Part shown: positions 26,855 through 34,747 of the stretch, one piece after another
Layout of the letters: the number at the start of each line of letters is the position of its first letter
Position numbering within the stretch: the first letter of the stretch is position 1
NCBI GenBank assembly: GCA_002494015.1
Contig: DLAR01000031.1
Coordinates: forward strand, 55 to 64,054
Origin: Porphyromonadaceae bacterium UBA7042
Lineage (GTDB): Bacteria; Bacteroidota; Bacteroidia; Bacteroidales; Muribaculaceae
Reading direction: 5' to 3'
DNA length: 64,000 bases
The notes under the pieces: model-generated
What the model was told of the DNA's origin: nothing
Seen by the model: only the letters and a program-made list of their open reading frames with translations
Databases searched by the model: none
Program-made: the position numbers and the translations under genes

Positions 26855-27436
26855 TCAGAACGCGTAAATGATGTTCAGCGCGGCTTTTGTCGGGCCGACA
26901 TAGTTGTGGGGACGGTTGCGGTCAATGCGTTTTCCGCAATCGCGACATTCAAAGGTATCAAAGCGTGTGTAAATCCAGCCGAAACCGATTGTGGCCTCGA
27001 AACTCCACCGGCGGTTGAGTATCCAAGTGTAGCCATAGGCCACACCTGCACCGGCTGCCCATCCCTGATAGCGGTAGTCGGTGAGCTTGGAGAGGTCAGA
27101 TCCGAGGAAGTTGATGTTGTTCTTGATGTTGCCGAAATTATATTCCCCGCCGAGGGCGTGCATTCCGACAAAGTGTCCGGCGAAACGGCGGCAGAACCAG
27201 TAGCGCACTTCGGGCTGCACCATCCAGTGGCGCCAGTCATGATTGTTTACGCTCCATGCGTTTAGCTGGCCACGCAGTTCGACCGTCCATTTGGGGGCGA
27301 TACCGACCTCGACACCGATATTGGGAGTCAGAGTCACGTCGGTAAGTAAGTCTGTTTTTACGACTGCCTTTTGCGCGTGTGTTATAAAAATCAAGCACAT
27401 AAGGACTGCCGTAAATGCAAGTCGCAGATGAACCAT
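26855..27436 (-). CDS. DUF3575-family outer-membrane beta-barrel protein
   Basis: ..KTDLLTDVTLTPNIGVEVGIAPKWTVEL..W.VQPEVRYWF.. is the DUF3575 signature. The C-terminus is ..NIIYAF. It is the usual first gene of Bacteroidales Mfa-type loci. Confidence 0.8.
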   Translation of the reverse strand: MVHLRLAFTAVLMCLIFITHAQKAVVKTDLLTDVTLTPNIGVEVGIAPKWTVELRGQLNAWSVNNHDWRHWMVQPEVRYWFCRRFAGHFVGMHALGGEYNFGNIKNNINFLGSDLSKLTDYRYQGWAAGAGVAYGYTWILNRRWSFEATIGFGWIYTRFDTFECRDCGKRIDRNRPHNYVGPTKAALNIIYAF

Positions 27437-27610
27437 TATATTTTACCTTAAAATTCAGTTAATTACAATACTCTATTCTTTTAATTATCTAAAAGTTGTG
27501 TGCAAATAAATGATGAATCTATGTTCGGTTTGTCAGACAAAATTGCGTTGACGTGTGTTAGATGTATGCCAAAAAATGACAAAATAGACTTTGTGCATTT
27601 TTTTGCGGTG

Positions 27611-27618
27611 CAAAAGTA
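27611..27618 (-). promoter_or_regulatory. Candidate -7 box (TACTTTTG on minus strand) for the pilus operon
   Basis: CAAAAGTA on the plus strand, 175 nt upstream of the DUF3575 ATG. It is the only TAnnTTTG match I found in the 332-bp spacer. Confidence 0.3.
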
Positions 27619-27638
27619 CAAAAGAAAGCTACTAATTA

Positions 27639-27646
27639 CCCCCCCC
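27639..27646. repeat. Homopolymeric C8 tract (G8 on the pilus-operon strand)
   Basis: Read directly: attaCCCCCCCCatttt. Confidence 0.95.
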
Positions 27647-27768
27647 ATTTTGGTTAAAAATAGTTAAAATATAAAACATTTTGTAACGTTCATGTGTTAG
27701 AGCGTGTTTCATAACAACTGTTATGAAACGCCCTCTTATAATAAAAGGAGGCCTGCGGGCGTTTTATA

Positions 27769-28275
27769 ATGGTGAATGCACATGAATTTGAACGAGAATA
27801 CCGCCGCCTTTACATGCCGCTGGGGATGTGGGCGTTGCGCATGACCGGCGATGTCACGGAAGCCGAAGACCTTGTGCAGTCATGTTTCGAGTCGGCATGG
27901 CGGCATATTTCGGCCGGCATGGTAATCGGAGCGTTGAAACCCTACATGTACAGGGCGGTGCGCAACGCGTTTCTGATGTCGCGGCGAAAGGGAGTGGAGA
28001 CCGTCAACTTGGACGACTGCGGCGAGGTGTCTGAAGATGATATTGACACGGCCGAGCGCGATGCGGCTCTGTGGCGCGCGATTGACTCGCTGCCCTCTCG
28101 GTGCCGGGAGATATTCCTGATGAGCAAGCGCGACGGAATGAGTAACGCTTTTATCGCCGATGAACTTGGAATCTCGGTCAAAACAGTGGAAAATCAGATG
28201 ACCAAGGCGTTTTCAACACTTCGCGAGGCTCTTTCAGCGCGTGGAGGGAACGTGTTCTTTCTTCCATTCCTTTAG
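27769..28275 (+). CDS. ECF-type RNA polymerase sigma-70 family factor
   Basis: Region 2 (..DLVQSCFESAWRH..YMYRAVRNAF..) and region 4 HTH (..REIFLMSKRDGMSNAFIADELGISVKTVENQMTKA..); 168 aa. Confidence 0.9.
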   Translation: MVNAHEFEREYRRLYMPLGMWALRMTGDVTEAEDLVQSCFESAWRHISAGMVIGALKPYMYRAVRNAFLMSRRKGVETVNLDDCGEVSEDDIDTAERDAALWRAIDSLPSRCREIFLMSKRDGMSNAFIADELGISVKTVENQMTKAFSTLREALSARGGNVFFLPFL

Positions 28276-28297
28276 ATGCCCTCTAAAAATTTATTGT

Positions 28298-28305
28298 TAC
28301 CTTTG
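28298..28305 (+). promoter_or_regulatory. -7 box TACCTTTG for the TlpA-like gene
   Basis: Matches TAnnTTTG, 26 nt upstream of the ATG at 28331. Confidence 0.4.
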
Positions 28306-28330
28306 TGACAAAATAAACTTGTTTTAAAAA

Positions 28331-29368
28331 ATGAATAAAAAATTACTTTCTTTGGCATTTGCCACCGCCGCGATGACCGCATGTGCTGTCGCCGGCGAGC
28401 CTAATTACAAAGTGACTGTCAATTTCCCCGATGACAGCAATGATGATGCGATGGCCTACATTGTCGACTTTGACTCGGGAGAGCTTGTCGACTCGACCAT
28501 TGTTACCGGCGGAAAGGCTGTATTCAGCGGAAATATCTCCGTTCCCGCCATGAGCCGAATCTCGGTTGACGGAGGCCGCGGCCCGATGTTTATTCTGGAA
28601 CAGGCTGATATAACAGTCGACGGGCAGAACGGAAAACCTACCGGCGGCACGCTTAACGGCCGCATGGAGTCGATAGCCGCGCAGATGGACTCGATTGTCG
28701 CCCTGTATAAGTCTCTGCCGCAGGACTCGGCATCGGTTGCCCGAGGCGAGGAGCTTGAAGCGGAGTATATGGCTATTCCCAAGAAAGCATTTGCCGAGAA
28801 TATCGACAATCCAATCGGATTGTATTTCTTCCTTCAGAATGCCTATGAAATGGATCTTGAAACTCTTGACGGGCAGTTGAAAAAATATCCGTCGCTTGCG
28901 TCGTCAAAGCGTGTGGGCAAGCTGCGCGACGCGCTTGTCGCCAAGAAAGAAACTTTTGTGGGAGGAAAATATAAAGATTTTGAAATCACTTACAACGGCA
29001 AGACATCAAAGCTGAGTGACTATGTCGGAAAAGGCAAGTACACGCTTGTCGATTTCTGGGCAAGCTGGTGCGGCCCCTGCATCCGCGAGATTTCCACAAT
29101 CAAGAACCTCTATAACGAATACCACGAGAAGGGACTCGACGTGCTCGGAGTTGCAGTGTGGGACGAGCCTGCCAATACCGAAGCTGCAATCTCGCAGCAT
29201 CAGATTCCGTGGCCGGTTATTATAAACGCACAGACTATCCCTACCGACCTTTACGGTATTTCGGGAATTCCGTGCATCATACTTTTTGATCCGGAAGGAA
29301 ATATCGTCAGCCGTGACCAGCAGGGTGAGAACCTTGTGCGCGATGTCACTGCCGCGATGAACAAGTAA
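28331..29368 (+). CDS. TlpA/ResA-family thiol:disulfide oxidoreductase lipoprotein (DUF4369-like N-domain plus thioredoxin fold)
   Basis: Lipobox ..AMTAC; thioredoxin active site DFWASWCGPC; ..GIPCIILFDPEG... Confidence 0.9.
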   Translation: MNKKLLSLAFATAAMTACAVAGEPNYKVTVNFPDDSNDDAMAYIVDFDSGELVDSTIVTGGKAVFSGNISVPAMSRISVDGGRGPMFILEQADITVDGQNGKPTGGTLNGRMESIAAQMDSIVALYKSLPQDSASVARGEELEAEYMAIPKKAFAENIDNPIGLYFFLQNAYEMDLETLDGQLKKYPSLASSKRVGKLRDALVAKKETFVGGKYKDFEITYNGKTSKLSDYVGKGKYTLVDFWASWCGPCIREISTIKNLYNEYHEKGLDVLGVAVWDEPANTEAAISQHQIPWPVIINAQTIPTDLYGISGIPCIILFDPEGNIVSRDQQGENLVRDVTAAMNK

Positions 29369-29400
29369 ACCGTTTACCCGGTTTATTAGTTTAAGGTTTG

Positions 29401-29465
29401 GGTTTAAGGTTTAGATAAATGATGGGTCTAACTGTTAGATTCCACTATTATCTAAACCTTAAACC
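29401..29465. terminator. Long hairpin between convergent genes (18-bp perfect stem)
   Basis: ggtttaaggtttagataa (29401-18) pairs with ttatctaaaccttaaacc (29448-65). It is preceded by a partial direct copy, gtttaaggtttg. Confidence 0.5.
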
Positions 29466-29471
29466 CTAATA

Positions 29472-30395
29472 TTATTTTACCATTTTTTCAAAGGAAATGG
29501 GGACGGGGGTAGAGAAGTGCATCTCTTTGCTCGTGATGGGGTGGACGAAACGAAGAGTCTGCGCGTGGAGGGCGAGACGGTGGATGGGAGAGGTCTTGGC
29601 CCCGTAGCGGCGGTCGCCTGCGATGGGATGACCGAGGTCTTTCATGTGGACACGAATCTGGTTTTTGCGGCCTGTATCGAGCGAGACTTCGAGAAGTGTG
29701 TACCCGTTGCGGCAGCGCAGAGTCGAGTATCGGGTGACGGCGAGTTTGCCCTCGTCGGGATTATCGGTGGAATACACTTCGTAGCGGGAGTTTTCGGCAA
29801 GGTAGCTGCGCACTTCTCCTTCTTCAGGTTCCACTTTGCCTTCTACCACGGCAAGGTATTTGCGGTCGAGAACCATGTTGTTCCAGTTGTGCTGCAACTT
29901 TTCCTTGGCCTCTTCGCTGCGGGCAAATACCATCAGTCCCGACGTGTCACGGTCAAGGCGGTGAACGATGAACACTTTATTGCGCGGGTCATGCCACTTC
30001 ACATAGTCGCGAATAATGCTGTAGGCAGTGCCTTCCTTGATTTTGTCGGTACCCATTGACAGCAGTCCGTAACCTTTGTTGACCACGATGATGTATTCGT
30101 CCTCATAGACGAGCTTGAGTCGGCGGTGATAAAACACGCGAAACTCACGGGTGAGATTCACTTTTATTTCGTCTCCTGCCGAGAGCGGGGTGTCAAACTG
30201 CCTTGTCGGGGTTCCGTTTATGGCAATCTGATTGTGGGAAAGCAGGTTCTTGATTGTCGTGCGCTTGCGGTCGGGCATAGCCTCAATCAGGAAGTCCATT
30301 AGTTTTTTGCCATCGGCATCAACGGTATAAGATTCGATGACATCGGGTTTGAACGCGTTGCGTTCGGCCCCGGGCTTATGGTTGGGACGTTTCAT
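29472..30395 (-). CDS. RluA-family 23S rRNA pseudouridine synthase with S4 domain
   Basis: ..VHRLDRDTSGLMVFA.. catalytic Asp motif; ..GRKNQIRVH..; N-terminal S4-like region. Confidence 0.9.
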   Translation of the reverse strand: MKRPNHKPGAERNAFKPDVIESYTVDADGKKLMDFLIEAMPDRKRTTIKNLLSHNQIAINGTPTRQFDTPLSAGDEIKVNLTREFRVFYHRRLKLVYEDEYIIVVNKGYGLLSMGTDKIKEGTAYSIIRDYVKWHDPRNKVFIVHRLDRDTSGLMVFARSEEAKEKLQHNWNNMVLDRKYLAVVEGKVEPEEGEVRSYLAENSRYEVYSTDNPDEGKLAVTRYSTLRCRNGYTLLEVSLDTGRKNQIRVHMKDLGHPIAGDRRYGAKTSPIHRLALHAQTLRFVHPITSKEMHFSTPVPISFEKMVK

Positions 30396-30397
30396 TT

Positions 30398-32728
30398 TTA
30401 GCTTTTTTTGCGGCGCGTTGTCGCCTTTTTGGATTTGGCATCTTGGTCGGCAATGATGGCGCGCACTTCTTCAATAGAGAGGGCCGCGGGATCAGCGACA
30501 GTTTTAGGAATCTTGTAGTTGCTTTTCTTGCAAGCGATATAGATGCCGTAGCGGCCGTTCAGAATCTGAATGTCAGGGTCTTCGTCAAAGGTCTTGACCA
30601 CCTTGTTGGCTTCTTCGGCGCGCTTGGCATCGATAAGGCTGATTGCTTCCTCGATGGTGATGGCAGTGGGGGCGATGTCCTTGGGGATAGACACAAATTT
30701 GTTGTCATGGCGCAGATAAGGGCCGAAACGGCCGACGGCGGCGATGACTTCTTTTCCTTCGTATTCACCCACGGTGCGTGGGAGTTCAAAAAGTTTCAGT
30801 GCGTCTTCGAGCGTGATGTCAAATACTGACTGGTCTTTGCGCAGCGATGCGAAATGTGGTTTGTCGCCGCTGTCACCCGAGCCTATCTGCACTACCGGGC
30901 CGAAACGACCGATTTTAACCGAGACGGGAAGGCCCGATTCGGGATGGACACCCAGTTGGCGTTCGCCCACCTTGTGCTCGGTGCGCATACCGTTGGCCTT
31001 TTCGACCTCGGGGTGGAACATGGAATAAAATTCGCCGATTTCGCTGGCCCAGTTGGTGTTACCCTCGGCAATCAGGTCAAATTTTTCCTCCATTTGCGCG
31101 GTGAAATCGTAGTCGAGAATGTCGGGGAAATGCCGGGTCAGGAATTCGTTTACTATTATGCCGGTGTCGGTGGGTATCAGTTTTCCCTTGTCGGCACCGA
31201 CGGTCTCGGTCTTGACCGATGACTTTATTTTGCCCTCCTTGTTGAGGGTCAGTGTCGTGAACTGACGTTTTACGCCCGGTTTTTCACCTTTTTCAACATA
31301 TTCACGGTTCTGAATTGTAGAAATAGTGGGGGCATAGGTCGACGGACGGCCAATGCCGAGTTCCTCCATCTTCTTGACAAGTGATGCCTCGGTGTAGCGC
31401 GGGGGCTGGAGGGTGTAACGCTCGGCGGCTGTGACATCGGCGGCAGTGAGAGTCTCGCCGACCGACATGCGGGGGAGTGCGGTCTCGCCGTCGGGAGTAT
31501 CTGCCTCGTCATCGTTGCCTTCGAGATAGACTTTCAGGAACCCGTCAAATTTTATCACCTCGCCAGTGGCGGTGAAATGTTCCTTGCGGTCGCCGGGTAC
31601 GATGTCGATGGTTGTTTTCTCGATTTCGGCATCGGCCATCTGAGAGGCTATTGTGCGCAGGCGGATGAGGCGGTAAAGTTTCTTCTCGCGGTCGGTTCCG
31701 TCGATTGTTTCCTTATCTATATATGTGGGGCGGATGGCTTCGTGGGCTTCCTGAGCACCCTTGGATGATGTGTGGAACTTGCGGATGTGGAGGTACTGTT
31801 CGCCGTGCTCGCTCTTGATGAGCTTGGAGATGGTGCCGATTGCGAGAGATGAGAGGTTGAGAGAGTCGGTACGCATGTAGGTTATATGTCCGGCCTCATA
31901 GAGTTTTTGGGCAATCATCATTGTCTGAGACACGGTGAAACCGAGCTTGCGCGATGCCTCCTGCTGGAGAGTAGAGGTGGTAAAGGGGGGCGCGGGCGAC
32001 TTGCGCAAGGGACGCACGTTGATATCGCTCACGCGGTATGTAGCGCCTGCACAAGCTTCGAGAAATTCGCGGGCCGAGGCTTCGTCGGGGAGGCGCTTGG
32101 ACAGCTCGGCTTTGAGCGCGCTGCTCCCGGGGATATTGAAACGGGCGGTGACGCGGTAGTAAGGTTCGCTCTTGAAATTGTTGATTTCGTTTTCGCGGTC
32201 GACGATGAGGCGCACGGCTACCGACTGGACGCGTCCGGCCGACAGGGCCGGTTTGATTTTCTTCCACAGCACCGGCGACAGTTCGAAACCGACGAGGCGG
32301 TCAAGGACGCGGCGGGCCTGCTGCGCGTCGACAAGGTTGATGTCGATGTCACGCGGGTTCTCGATGGCGTGGAGGATAGCGTCTTTTGTAATCTCGTGGA
32401 AAACGATTCGTTTCGTGTTTTCTTTTTTCAGCCCCAAGACTTCGAAAAGGTGCCATGAAATAGCCTCTCCCTCACGGTCCTCATCAGATGCAAGCCACAC
32501 TGTCTCGGCTTGTGATGCGGCCTTTTTCAGCTCTTTGACAAGATCTTTCTTGTCGCTCGGGATTTCATAGACCGGTGTGAAGTCATTGTCAAGGTCAATG
32601 CTGATGTCCTTTTTGCGCAAATCGCGTATGTGGCCATAGCTTGACATGACTTTAAAATCTTTTCCGAGAAACTTTTCGATAGTCTTGGCCTTGGCCGGAG
32701 ACTCCACTATAACAAGGTTCTTCAACAT
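30398..32728 (-). CDS. topA: DNA topoisomerase I
   Basis: TOPRIM domain N-terminus (LVIVESPAKAKTIEKFLG), ..ITYMRTDS.. active-site Tyr motif, basic C-terminal tail; 776 aa. Confidence 0.95.
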   Translation of the reverse strand: MLKNLVIVESPAKAKTIEKFLGKDFKVMSSYGHIRDLRKKDISIDLDNDFTPVYEIPSDKKDLVKELKKAASQAETVWLASDEDREGEAISWHLFEVLGLKKENTKRIVFHEITKDAILHAIENPRDIDINLVDAQQARRVLDRLVGFELSPVLWKKIKPALSAGRVQSVAVRLIVDRENEINNFKSEPYYRVTARFNIPGSSALKAELSKRLPDEASAREFLEACAGATYRVSDINVRPLRKSPAPPFTTSTLQQEASRKLGFTVSQTMMIAQKLYEAGHITYMRTDSLNLSSLAIGTISKLIKSEHGEQYLHIRKFHTSSKGAQEAHEAIRPTYIDKETIDGTDREKKLYRLIRLRTIASQMADAEIEKTTIDIVPGDRKEHFTATGEVIKFDGFLKVYLEGNDDEADTPDGETALPRMSVGETLTAADVTAAERYTLQPPRYTEASLVKKMEELGIGRPSTYAPTISTIQNREYVEKGEKPGVKRQFTTLTLNKEGKIKSSVKTETVGADKGKLIPTDTGIIVNEFLTRHFPDILDYDFTAQMEEKFDLIAEGNTNWASEIGEFYSMFHPEVEKANGMRTEHKVGERQLGVHPESGLPVSVKIGRFGPVVQIGSGDSGDKPHFASLRKDQSVFDITLEDALKLFELPRTVGEYEGKEVIAAVGRFGPYLRHDNKFVSIPKDIAPTAITIEEAISLIDAKRAEEANKVVKTFDEDPDIQILNGRYGIYIACKKSNYKIPKTVADPAALSIEEVRAIIADQDAKSKKATTRRKKS

Positions 32729-32760
32729 ATAGTCTTGGGGTGATTACAAAATTCAATCGG

Positions 32761-32768
32761 CAAAATTA
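32761..32768 (-). promoter_or_regulatory. -7 box (TAATTTTG on minus strand) for topA
   Basis: CAAAATTA on the plus strand, 33 nt upstream of the ATG at 32728. Confidence 0.4.
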
Positions 32769-32829
32769 GTAAAAACAATCTAATTGCTCTCAAAAAAAAC
32801 GCAAAAACTCACATAATGGATTAAATAAA

Positions 32830-32885
32830 CATCCTGAAAGGCAGTTTAAAAATTGACAATGATTTTTAAACTGCCTTTCAGGATG
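32830..32885. terminator. 24-bp perfect-stem hairpin downstream of the Sel1-repeat gene
   Basis: catcctgaaaggcagtttaaaaat-tgacaatg-atttttaaactgcctttcaggatg. Confidence 0.55.
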
Positions 32886-32985
32886 AAGATTCTGAGGGCA
32901 AATTGCCGGCTCATCTGTCAGCCGGGATGCGTGCACCTGCTTTATGACTGATTTGGCAACCGTTTTTGCATTTCAGCCCGGCAGG

Positions 32986-34584
32986 TTATTTTTTCTTGTC
33001 GGCGGGGGCAACGTTGGGAAGTGTGGCGAGAAGTGCGGGGAGCGGGTCGTTGTAGGATGCGTCGTTCAGTGCTTTGGCCTGCTCGTTATCGGCCTCGACA
33101 CCCCATCCGTTTTCATAGCATGTGGCCAGACGGGTCGCGGCCTCGCGGGTGAGCTGGCACTGGGCGCGGGCATCGAGATAGTATTTCACTGCGGTCTCGT
33201 AGCTCTGGTTAACGTTGCGGCCGTCATAGTAGAGGTCGCCGAGGTAGCACTGGGCAGGGGCGAAATTGAGGTCAGAGGCGGCCTTGAGGAGTTCGAGAGC
33301 CTTCATGGGGTCGCGGGTGACATCGGTGCCGGTCTCGTAGCGCACACCCATGAGGTACTGCGCGTAGGGTTCGCCTGCCGAGGCGGCTTTTTCAAGAGCC
33401 TTGATGCCTTTCTTGATATTTTTCTTGGGGTTGTCGTTGTCAAGAAGGATGAGGGCCTGCATTGTCGCTCCGACGGGAATCTTGGCTTTTTCGACAATTT
33501 TGAATTTCTTGGCGGCTTCTTCCCATTTCTTGTCGTTGATCATCAGGTCAAGGCCGTCGAGGTAGGCGCGGAAGGGGGCGGCCCAAGCGGTATCGTTGTC
33601 AGCCTCGTATTTTTTGATAATCTGGCGGGTATATCCGCGGGTAGAGCATTTCCCGAGCCACACGGCTGCCTGATAGTAGTCGACAGGCACACCCTTGCCG
33701 TCGACATAGAGCTTGGCGAGCTGATACTGGGCTGCGGGGATTCCGGCCTCGGCGGCTTTTTTGTACCATTTGGCTGCTTCGTCGGGGTTGACGGCTGTTC
33801 CACGGCCTTGTGCGTAACAGTTGGCAATCTGATATAGGGCCATCGGGAAACCGGCGCGGGCGGCTTTCATCATTGTCACGAATCCTTGAGAGGGGTCGGC
33901 GGTCACACCTTTACCTTCAAGCAACAGGCGCCCCACATAGAAAGTCGAGGGGAGGTCGCCCTTGTCAGCGGCTTTGCGGAACCACTTGAGAGCCTCGGAG
34001 CCGTTGTTGGCGTTGAGGTGCATAAGACCGAGTTCACGTTGGGCGTCGACCGAGTTGCGGGTGGCTGCCGATGTGAAGTATCTGATAGCTGCGTCGCGGT
34101 CTTTTTTTAGTTCTTTTCCAACGCCGTTCTGATAGCAGAGGGCGACGTAAACGGTATTGAACACAGGCTCGCCGCGGTCGGCAAGGGCGATGTTTTGGTC
34201 AAGGAGCTGTGTGTTTCCAAGTTCGATTGCGCGGTCATAGAGTTTCATGGCCCGGATTGAGTCGGGAGCGACACCGTGGCCGAGCTGGTAACACACGCCG
34301 AGGTTGCCTATAGCGAGGGGTTGTCCCTGCTTGGCGGCGCGGAGCCACCACTGGACTGCGTCGTCATAGCTGACCCCTTTGCCGACGTAGGTGCCGGTGT
34401 AATACCAGTTCCCGACAATGTTCTGAGCATCGGCATCACCGGTGCGGGCTTTTAGAACGATGGAGTTTACGCTGTCACGCGAGACTGAGTCTACGGGCGA
34501 AATGGGAGATTGGGCGGCTGCGCCGAGACCCATTGCGAGGATGCCGGTGGTGGCAGCGATGGTGCGGATGAATGAGGTTTTCAT
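32986..34584 (-). CDS. Secreted Sel1-like repeat (SLR/TPR-like) protein
   Basis: Signal peptide plus more than 10 repeats of the A..WY.KAAE.G...AQ..LG.CY..G.GV..D pattern. Confidence 0.85.
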   Translation of the reverse strand: MKTSFIRTIAATTGILAMGLGAAAQSPISPVDSVSRDSVNSIVLKARTGDADAQNIVGNWYYTGTYVGKGVSYDDAVQWWLRAAKQGQPLAIGNLGVCYQLGHGVAPDSIRAMKLYDRAIELGNTQLLDQNIALADRGEPVFNTVYVALCYQNGVGKELKKDRDAAIRYFTSAATRNSVDAQRELGLMHLNANNGSEALKWFRKAADKGDLPSTFYVGRLLLEGKGVTADPSQGFVTMMKAARAGFPMALYQIANCYAQGRGTAVNPDEAAKWYKKAAEAGIPAAQYQLAKLYVDGKGVPVDYYQAAVWLGKCSTRGYTRQIIKKYEADNDTAWAAPFRAYLDGLDLMINDKKWEEAAKKFKIVEKAKIPVGATMQALILLDNDNPKKNIKKGIKALEKAASAGEPYAQYLMGVRYETGTDVTRDPMKALELLKAASDLNFAPAQCYLGDLYYDGRNVNQSYETAVKYYLDARAQCQLTREAATRLATCYENGWGVEADNEQAKALNDASYNDPLPALLATLPNVAPADKKK

Positions 34585-34647
34585 GATTTATTATGTTTTT
34601 ATTTTTATACGATTTTTTGTCGGGGTCATTATCGGTGACCGATGATG

Positions 34648-34655
34648 CAAAGTTA
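34648..34655 (-). promoter_or_regulatory. -7 box (TAACTTTG on minus strand) for the Sel1-repeat gene
   Basis: CAAAGTTA on the plus strand, 64 nt upstream of the ATG at 34584. Confidence 0.35.
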
Positions 34656-34747
34656 GCTCGCAGCGTGGGGTAAATGCAAATTTTTTGTGTCATATCACAC
34701 GGAATCGCCGGTTTTTATGACCAAATACCCCGTTTGTCCGGTCAACT

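Noticed and set aside
27744-27750. AAGGAGG Shine-Dalgarno-like sequence upstream of the ECF sigma gene
   Set aside because: It lies 18 nt from the ATG, which is too far, and Bacteroidetes generally do not use SD-dependent initiation. It is more likely part of a local stem (acgccc...gggcgt).
27437-27768. Invertible promoter (inverton) controlling the pilus operon
   Set aside because: I found no pair of inverted repeats of 12 bp or more flanking the spacer, and there is no tyrosine or serine recombinase gene nearby. Only a local palindrome and a 9-nt direct repeat are present.
32944-33837. 297-aa plus-strand ORF
   Set aside because: It is antisense to the Sel1-repeat gene. Its repetitive Gly/Val composition mirrors the Sel1 repeats on the other strand.
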